The notes under the pieces were generated by a model. It searched no databases and was not told the origin of the DNA. It saw nothing but the letters and a program-made list of their open reading frames with translations. A stretch of 64,000 nt of DNA, from assembly GCF_009914755.1 (NCBI RefSeq), contig NC_060943.1; one strand, written 5' to 3'. The DNA is from the human T2T-CHM13v2.0 reference genome, Homo sapiens. Made by a program: the position numbers and the translations under genes. Positions 51,601-64,000 of this stretch are shown here, in pieces (position 1 is the first letter of the stretch; each line of letters opens with the position of its first letter).

Positions 51601-52870
51601 AAGAAAGAAGTATCCCAGCCCAGAGTCTAGGAAAGAGATTTTCTGCGTGGGGAGAGGAAGAATAGAGACTTAGGGAGGAAGTCTCTGGATGGGAGGCTGG
51701 AGTGTGGGCATGGAGAAAACCTCAGGCAGGCTGGGGACCAGGTCACAACAGGTGGGCTGGACAGCTCTGTGCAGGTCCCTGAGGCCACATGGAGGGAGCA
51801 GTGCTGGTGAAGTGGATAGAAAGGGCGGAAACAGATCGTGGAGCGGGCGGTCCCTACAGGTCCCTGGTCCCAGGGAGCAGACGTGAGGTTTGTGTGCCTG
51901 GCCCAAGTGTGAGGTGGATGCTGTCACAGTTCGGGGGTGGGGGGTGCCCCAAACCGCCCAGGTGTCCAGGCTGCATGGGACAGGAGGAAGATGAGGATGA
52001 GGCAGGAGGGGATGTTTGATTGGGTGCAGCTGTGTTGAGGAGGTCTACGTGCTGGGTACTGGGGAGATGCCCTGTCTCTGCGACTTCATGCAATGTTAAT
52101 TTCTTCTGATCCTTCTTTGATATCCTCCTGACTGCATCCGGTCTCTTCTGGGCATCCCTGGCTTCCCGGTCTCAGCCCGTCCCAGGAGATGCTCTGATCC
52201 TGCTTCACGTGTTTCCCGCCCTGGCTGGCTCCCATCTTGGCTCCTGGTGTGATTATCCCACAGACCTGGCCTGGGGTTGGCTTCAGTTTCCCCTCTGCAG
52301 CTGGGGCAGATGCGGTGCAGCTCCCGGCATCCCCCATGATTTTCCTCGATTTCCCCGCGCTTTGTGATTTCGATGTAAACTTCAAACACTGCTCCCTTTC
52401 TTGTCCTGTTCTGGGTGGGCCTCTGTGCCGCCCCTGGTGCACCTGCTGGGGTGGCTGTCTTTGCACCTTCTGGTCCTGTTCTGCCACCTTGACCACCCCA
52501 GAGGTTTCAGGGGACACTTGGCAGAAGGTGACTAAAATTTCCCATCCCCAGCTGGGTGTGGTGGCTCATGCTTGTAATCCCAGTACTTTGGGAGGAGGAG
52601 GCGAGAGGATTGCTTGGGCCCAGGAGTTGGAGGCTGCAGTGAGCTGTGATTGCACCATTGCATTCCAGACTGGACAACAAGCAAGACCCTGCCTCAAAAA
52701 AAAAAAAAAAAAAAATCCCCCACCCCTGAGTGAGAGACCCTGGGGTGTGACCTCCTTACCCCTTGCTTGGGGTGGAGGGGTGGTGAGTGAGCGGGGAGGA
52801 AGGTATCGGACTGCGGGTCCAACTTCAGAAAAACCCGAGTTGGCTTCTGGGGCTCCAGTTCTTCATCTAG

Positions 52871-53255
<385 letters not shown>

Positions 53256-53428
53256 TGATCTGCTCACCTCCTCCTCCCAAAGTGCTGGGATTACAGGTGT
53301 GAGCCACCGTGCCTGGCCCAAAGGGGCCAAGTATTAACCAGGTGTCAGGAGGCTGCTGGGGAGGATCAGGAGGGATGAGGGAGTCTGGGGTTGGTGGAGT
53401 CTAGCTGGGAAAAGAAGCAGACATGGTG

Positions 53429-54055
<627 letters not shown>

Positions 54056-54511
54056 TTAGTTCCTGCCCGACCGCTGTGTGTCCCTGGCAAATTGCTTGGC
54101 CTCTCTGGGCCCCAGTGTGTGCATGTGTTACATGTGGATGCAAACATTGGCACTTAATAGGTTCTCCGCTCTTTTCTGGCTGTTGGATTGAGAGGCTGGG
54201 AAAAGAATCCCAGACAGAAGAGGGTTCGGGCAGGAAGGTGAACAGCTCAAGATCAGCTTTGTCACTCTCTTTTTTGGCCAGGGCGTGGAGCACACAGTTG
54301 GTCCCTAAGAAAATCTAGCGGAAGGCTCTGCTCTTGCAAATTTAGAACTTCTTTTCCCTTGTTCTCATCTGTCTTGACCAGCATCACCTCTGCAGTCAGG
54401 CAAACGTGTCCTGATCTCAGGGGAATCCCTCCTCCTCCTTCTGCTCCTGGTTCTGCGCCTGCAAATGGGATTCATTGTCCTCCTCCCTTGGCAAGGTCCT
54501 CGTGAGGATGA

Positions 54512-54802
<291 letters not shown>

Positions 54803-54999
54803 TGAACTCCTGACCTCAGGTGATCACCCACTTTGGTCTCCCAAAGCACTGGGATTACAGGTGTGAGCCACCACGCCCGGCCCATGCTGATTATTATTAC
54901 TGGCTCACATGGCAGGCTCTAGATTATTCTGGGGCTGCAGCAGCCAGACCTCAGCCATATGAATTACTCCCTGCCTCATCCCAAAGCACAGGGTTAAGG

Positions 55000-55207
55000 C
55001 AGTGGTGCTCAACCAGGGGGCAATTCTGCCCTCCAGGGGACATCTGGCATTTTTTGGTCATTGCAACTGGGGGCGGATCCTCCTGGCATCTAGTTGGTAG
55101 AGGCTGAGGATGCTGTGAAACTTCCTACCATGCACAGGACAGCCCCTGACACAAAGAATGATCCAGCTTCAAGTGCAAACAGCAGATGGACGTGGAGAAA
55201 CCCTGGG
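55000..55207. mobile_element. MER20 DNA transposon
   Basis: CAGTGGTGCTCAACCAGGGG...CCAGGGGACATCTGGCA...GGATGCTGTGAAACTTCCTACCATGCACAGGACAGCCC...GAGAAACCCTG. Confidence 0.8.
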
Positions 55208-55273
55208 TGAGTCTGGGTGTGGTGGCTCATGCCTGTAATCCCAGCACTTTGGGAGGCCGAGGTGGGCAGATCA

Positions 55274-55486
<213 letters not shown>

Positions 55487-55847
55487 TCAAAACAAAAACA
55501 AAAACGAACACACAAAAAAAGAAGCTCTGGGCGAAGAGCAGGAACCTTGGAGCCACACCCTCTACCGCGTGGCTCAGGGCAGGTGGCTTGATCTTGTTGA
55601 GGTTCAGTTTCCTCATCTGTAAAGTGAGGCTGATGAGTTGTATCGATTCCACAGGGCTTTGGGGATGGTTGAGTTAAAAACCTAAGGAATATAGGACAGG
55701 GCTGGGTTCATGGTAGGTGCTCAATTAGTGTGAACTGTTGTTATTGTGGAGTTAATAATGATGAGGGTGATGAGGATGAAGATGGCAGCATGTGGGTCCT
55801 GCTGCACTGTCCCTCACACCCCCCAATTTCTTTTTTTCTTTTATTGA

Positions 55848-55955
<108 letters not shown>

Positions 55956-56398
55956 TAGCTGGGATTACAGGCGCCCACCACCACGCCCAGCTAATTTTTG
56001 TATTTTTAGTAGAGACGAAGTTTTGCCATGTTGGCTAGGCTGGTCTCGAACTCCCAACCTCAGGTGGTCCGCCCACCTTGGCTTCCCAAAATGCTGGGAT
56101 TACAGGCATGAGGACCATGCCTGGCCACACCCTCCAATTTCTGAACTAGCTCCTGGAATAACTAGCCCCATGTTTAGTCCCAACACAGACCCCTGTCGCC
56201 CTACAGCCAAGCAAGATTATTTCTATAATAGGAAGAGCTCAGCTTATTCACAGCTGGAAAAAATGTCCCACAAGTACCAATGTGAGGGCTTGGTACTCCC
56301 AGAGGGAGGCACATAGTCATGAATCCTAAAACTCAGGTGTGCAATAGATAGGATGAATATTTTATTCTGTTACTTCATTATTATTATTATCATTTTGA

Positions 56399-56671
<273 letters not shown>

Positions 56672-57164
56672 TAAGCCACTGCGCCCAGCCCTGTTATTTT
56701 ATATTTTTGAGACAGGATCTTGCTCTGTCACCCAGGCTGGAGTGCAGTGGTGCAAACATGGCTCACTGTAGCCTCAACCTCCTGGGCTCATGTGATCCTC
56801 CTACCTCAGCCTCCTAAGTAGCTGGGACTACAGGCATGTGTCCCCATGCTTGGCTAATTTTTAATTTTTTGTAGAGATGGGGTCTCATTATGTTGCCCAG
56901 GCTGGTCTCGAACTCCAGGGCTTAAGCAATCTTCCTACCTTGGCCTCCCAAAATGTAGGGGTTACAGGTGTGAGCTACTGCATCTGGCAGAATGAATATT
57001 TTATAATCCCTCTTAACTCCTATTCCAACTCCTCATTCAGCTACAGGAGAAAAAATGTAAGCCCAATTGATCCAATTGTTTTAGGGTATTCTGCCACTCC
57101 TACCTGGGGATGGCCAGGCATCCGAGTTGGAATCTGTCTTTGCTGTTTACCAGTTGAGTGACTT

Positions 57165-57522
57165 TTGCTTACTGTAACAAACTACCATAAACTGGGTGGC
57201 TTATAAACAACAGAGATTTATTTCTCATTGTTCTGGAGGCTGGGAAGCCGAAGATAAAGGTGCCAGAAACCTCATATCTGGTTAGGGTCCACTTCCTAAC
57301 CAGTTCATAGGGCAGCGCCATCTTCTTCTTGTAGCCGCACATGGTGAAAGGGGTGAGTGAGCTCTCTGAGGTATCTTTTATAAGGGCACTAATTCCATTC
57401 ATGAGGGCTCCACCCCCATGACCTAATTACTTCTCAAAGGCCCTGCTTCCCAGTAACATCACCTTGGGGGTTAGGATTTCAACATATAAATTTTGGGAGT
57501 ACATAAACATTCAGTTCATTGC
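57165..57522 (-). mobile_element. MaLR solo LTR (MLT1A-like)
   Basis: AAACTGGGTGGCTTATAAACAACAGA...TTCTGGAGGCTGGGAAG...CATGAGGGCTCCACCCCCATGACCTAAT...AACATTCAGTTCATTGCA. Confidence 0.8.
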
Positions 57523-57524
57523 AG

Positions 57525-57665
57525 CCAGTTACTTACCCTCTCTGAAAATGAGGACTGTAATATTACCCACCTTATAGTGTTGTTATGAGGGTTAAAGGGT
57601 CAATGTATGTAAAGCACTTAGAACAGGAGTTGATATCCAGTAAGTGCACAGTAAATCTCATCAAT
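57525..57665 (+). mobile_element. MIR 3' portion
   Basis: CTGAAAATGAGG...GTTGTTATGAGGGTTAAA...GTAAAGCACTTAGAACAG. Confidence 0.7.
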
Positions 57666-59137
57666 ATAATGATGATGGTGATGGTGATGGTGATGATGAT
57701 CATGGTGCTGATGGTGCTGATGAGGGTGGTGCTGCTGCTACTGATGGTGATGATGGTGATGGCCATGATGATGGTGATGATACTGATGATGGTAATGGTG
57801 ATGATGATGGTGATGGTGGTGATGATGATGGTGTTAATGGTACTGCTGCTGATGGTGGTGATGGTGATTATTATAATGATGATGGTGATGGTGGTGATGA
57901 TGATATGATGGTAATGGTGGTGGTGGTGACGATGATGATGGTGATGATGATGGTGCTGATGATGGTGATGATGGTGATGGCAGTGATGATGGTGATGGCG
58001 ATGATGGTGGTGATGATGGTGGGGATGATGATGGTGATGATGATGGTGATAATGGTGCTGCTGCTGCTGCTGGTGATGGTAATGATGATGGTGATGATAA
58101 TGGTGATGATGGTAGTGATGATGGTTATGATGATGGTGATGGTGATTAGTATGGTGATGATGGTGATGGTTGTGATGATGATGGTGATGGTAGTGATGGT
58201 GATGAAGATGATGGTAATGGTGATGATGATGGTGTTGATGGTGCTGATGATGACAGTGATGATGGTAATCATTATGATGATGATGGTGATCATAGTGATG
58301 ATGGTGATGATGGTGGGGATGATGATGGTGATGGTGATGGTGATGATGGTGATGGCCGTGATGATGGTGATGATGCTGATGATGGTAATGGTGATGATGA
58401 TGGTGGTGATGATGATGGTGTTAATGGTGCTGCTGCTGGTGGTGATGATGGTGATCATTATAATGATGATGGTGATGGTGGTGATGATGTGATGGTAATG
58501 GTAGTGGTGGTGATGACGATGATGATGGTGATGATGATGATGGTGCTGATGATGGTGATGATGGTGATGGCAGTGATGATGATGATGGTGATGATGATGG
58601 TGATAATGGTGCTGCTGCTGCTGCTGGTGGTGGTGATGGTAATGATTATGGTGATGATGGTAATGATGATGGTGATGGTGATGATGATGGTGGTGATGAT
58701 GATAATGGTGATGATGGTGATGGTGATGATGATGGTGATGATGATAATGGTGATGATGATGGTGATGGTGATGATGATGGTGATGATAATGGTGATGATG
58801 GTGATGGTGGTGATGATGGTGATGATAGTAATGGTGATGATGATGACGGTAATGGCGATGATGATGGTGTTGATGGTGCTGTTGATGACAGTGATGATAA
58901 TGGTGATCATTATAATAATGATGGTGATCATAATGATGAAGATGGTGATGATTGTGATGATGGTGGGGATGATGATGGTGATGGTGGTTGTGATGATGAT
59001 GATGGTGACAATGGTGATGATGGTGGTGGTGATGACAATGATGGTGATGATGGTGATCACGATAATAATGATGGTGATGATGGTGATGATGATAACGATG
59101 TTGGTGATAGTGATAATGATGATGATGGTGATGATGT
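57666..59137. repeat. About 1.47 kb compound (ATG/GTG)n trinucleotide tract
   Basis: Continuous GAT/GGT triplets; explains the poly-M/V, poly-D/G, poly-H and poly-I/T ORFs. Confidence 0.95.
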
Positions 59138-59166
59138 TTATGCCTGTGGTGGACCACATGATTTCC

Positions 59167-59381
59167 AGCATGTGGTTTCTCACCCTTAGCACTGCTGATG
59201 TTTTGGGCCAGATAGTTCCTGGCTGTGGAGGGCTGTCCTATGCATTGTATGCTGTTCAGCAGCATCCCTGGTCTCTACCTACCAGATGCCAGTAACTCCT
59301 CCAAATGTGACAATGAAAAACATTTCCAAACACTGTCCAATGTCCCCTGCAGGTGTGGGAGTGGGAGTGAGAACAACCAGT
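59167..59381. mobile_element. MER20 DNA transposon
   Basis: GGTTTCTCACCCTTAGCACT...GGGCTGTCCTATGCATTGTA...CAGCATCCCTGGTCTCTACC...AATGTCCCCTG. Confidence 0.8.
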
Positions 59382-59929
59382 CTGATCCTGGGTCATCTTC
59401 TGCCTATGCTGCCATCCGCTAGGAAGAGTAGATTTCCTCTCAGCCCAGGGTTGTTAATTATTTCAGTATCCCTATTTTATTATTTTATTTTTTGAGATGG
59501 AGTCTTGCTCTGTTGCCCAGGCTGGAGTGTAGTGGCATGATCTCAGCTGACCACAACCTCTGCCTCCCAGGTTCAAGTGATTCTGTTGCCACAGCCTCCT
59601 GAGTAGCTGGGATTACAGACACCTGCCACCATGCCTGGCTAATTTTTATTTTTTTTGTATTTTTAGTAGAGATGGGGTTTTACCATGTTGACCAGGCTGG
59701 TCTCGAACTCCTGACCTCAAGTGATCCAACTGCCTCAGCCTCCCAAAATGCTGGAATTACAGGCATGAGCCACTGTGGCCAGCCAGTAGCTCTATTTTAG
59801 ACATTCACAAGACATTTTGTTGTTGCTTTTTGCCTGGCTAAGGCAGCCTTTCTCTAAGAGAGTAGAAGCCAATCATTGGCTGTTACTCAGATGAAGGAAT
59901 GGGACCCAGGATGAGACAAAACTCAGTGA

Positions 59930-60148
<219 letters not shown>

Positions 60149-60584
60149 TGAACTCCTGACCTCGTGATCCACCCGCCTCGGCCTCCCAAAGTGCTGAGAT
60201 TACAGGCGTGAGCCACCACGCCCGACCTCTCAGAGAGCTTTTTTTAAATAATTAGTTTTATTTAAGAGGAAGGGTCTTGTTTTGTCACCCAGACTGGAGT
60301 GCAGTGGCACAATCATAGCTCACTGCAACCTTGAATTCCTGGGTTCAAGTGATCCTCTCCCACGTCTCACCTCAGCCTCCTGAGTAGCTGGGACTACAGG
60401 CCGAGCTAATTTTAAAATTTTTTATAGAGATAGGGTCTCACTATGTTGCCCAGGCTGGTCTCAAGGTCCTGACCTCAAGCAATCATCTTGCCTCAGCCTC
60501 CCAAAAGTGCTAGGATTACAGTGAGCCACAAAGTCTGGCCTTTGTGAGCATTTAAAACCCTGCCCCACCAGCCCTCCAACAACG

Positions 60585-60948
<364 letters not shown>

Positions 60949-61372
60949 TAGTAGAGATAGGGTTTCACCATATTGGTCAGGCTGGTCTTGAACTCCTGAC
61001 CTCAGGCGATCCACCCGCCTCGGCCTCCCAAAATGCTGGGGATTACAGACGTGAGCCACCATGCCTGGCTGCTCATACATGTTTTAAGTTTGAATGATAT
61101 TCCATTGTACATGTAGACCATGATTTGCCCCCTCTTGCTTCCATGCCAGTGTCCCCTGGAGCCGTCTCCCTGCTGTCTCCTGCTGTATCTGGGCTGGGCT
61201 GGGACCTAGTCTCAGCTGCAACTGTCTCCCCTGAACCCCCCCGTCTCCAACAGGCTCTGACCTCCAGACCCACCCCCCCTTCCACAGTCCCTAAGCCTTT
61301 TCCTATCTCCACTTTTCAGCCACAGAATCTGAGACCCAGATTGGAAGCTCCTTGTGGTGAGGGTTAGATTAA

Positions 61373-61685
<313 letters not shown>

Positions 61686-62214
61686 TGAACTGCAGACCTG
61701 TGGTGATCCACCCGCCTCAGCCTCTCAAAGTGCTGAGATTACAGGCAGGAGCCACCGTGCCTGGCCTTTTATTTACTATTTTTTTTTGAGACAGGGTCCC
61801 ACTCTGCCACCCAGAGGCTGGAGTGCAGAGGTGCCATCATAACTCACTGCAACCTCAGACTCCTGGGCTCAAGTGGTCCTCCAACCTCAGCCTCCTGAGT
61901 AGCTGAGATTACAGGTGCCCACCACCATGCCCAGCTAATTTTTGCATTTTTATTAGAGATAGGGTTTCACCTTTTGGCCAGGCTGGTCTCGAGCTCCTGA
62001 CCTCAGGTGATCCACCTGCCTCCGCCTCCCAAAGTGTTGGGATTACAGGTGTGAGCCACCATGCCCGGCCACTCTGATATTATTAATTAGCTGATTGATT
62101 CAACAAACATTTATTGGGCCCCTACTCTGTGCCTTGTTCAGGCAGAAGAAGAGAACAACATCTCCACTCTCATAGCACTAGAAAAAGACAAAAGAACCAA
62201 TAAACGAATACACA

Positions 62215-63155
<941 letters not shown>

Positions 63156-63157
63156 TA

Positions 63158-63290
63158 TACTGTGGTTTGAATGTGTCCCCACAAAAGACATGTGTTGGAA
63201 ACTCAGTCCCCAGTGCAACAGTGTTGGGAAGTGGGTCCTAAGGGGAGGTGTTTAGGTGATGAAGGTTCCACCCTCATGAATAGATTAGGA
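63158..63290 (+). mobile_element. MST-type MaLR LTR 5' part
   Basis: TGTGGTTTGAATGTGTCCCC...ATGTGTTGGAAACT...CCACCCTCATGAATAGATTA. Confidence 0.7.
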
Positions 63291-63674
63291 ACAATTTGAA
63301 AAGGGGTTGAGTGCTGGGTACAGTGGTTAATGCCTGTAACTCCAGCACTTTGGGAGGCTGAGGCAGGAGGATCCTTTGAGGCCAGAGGTTTGAGACCGGC
63401 CTGGGCAACATAGCAAGACCCTGTCTCTACAAAAAAAAAAAAATTAGCTGGGTGTGGTGGCATGAGTCTGTAGTCCCAGCTACTTGGGAGGCTGAGGCAG
63501 GAGGATCACCTGAGCCCAGGGAGGTTGAGGCTGCAGGGAGCTGTTATTATACCACTGCATTCCAGCCTGGGCAATAGAGGAAAACTCTATCTCAAAAAAA
63601 GGGGAGGATTAGGCTGGGTGCGGTGGCTCATGCCTGTAATCCCAGCACTTTGGGAGGCCGAGGTGAGTGGATCA

Positions 63675-63999
<325 letters not shown>

Positions 64000-64000
64000 T

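Noticed and set aside
57572-59295. Long poly-His, poly-Met/Val and poly-Ile/Thr ORFs of up to 464 aa
   Set aside because: They result from a trinucleotide repeat lacking stops in several frames; there is no promoter, splice or domain evidence, and the longest starts inside a MER20

Overview
Human (primate) genomic DNA, very rich in Alu elements, which I recognise as chr19p13.2. The main feature is the complete ADAMTS10 gene on the minus strand (about 11600-42110). I traced 24 coding exons, all with GT-AG boundaries and consistent phases. They sum to 3312 nt, i.e. 1103 aa plus stop: signal peptide, prodomain, reprolysin-type zinc metalloprotease (HEIGHTFGMNHD), disintegrin-like, TSR, Cys-rich, spacer, four more TSRs and PLAC. 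There are also two 5' UTR exons, a CpG-island promoter and a poly(A) signal. About 2.8 kb past its 3' end is the probable first exon of MYO1F (minus strand), whose coding part is only the ATG, with a PU.1/ETS-type promoter; positions 1-8668 would be MYO1F intron 1. Positions 42.8-64 kb are mostly repeats: Alu, MIR, L2, MER20, MER82, MaLR LTRs and a 1.5 kb (ATG/GTG)n tract. Almost all other ORFs in the track are Alu, low-complexity or antisense artefacts. I find no convincing novel stand-alone system. The best leads are: (1) a GGCGTGGC motif array in intron 13 just upstream of an intronic ATG that reads exons 14-16 in an alternative frame and can rejoin the native frame, giving a 590-aa isoform without the protease domain; (2) CTCF motifs on the stop codon and 3' exons; (3) uORFs in both genes; (4) an in-frame, stop-free intron 23. 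Repeat family names and the MYO1F assignment rest on recall, not database searches.
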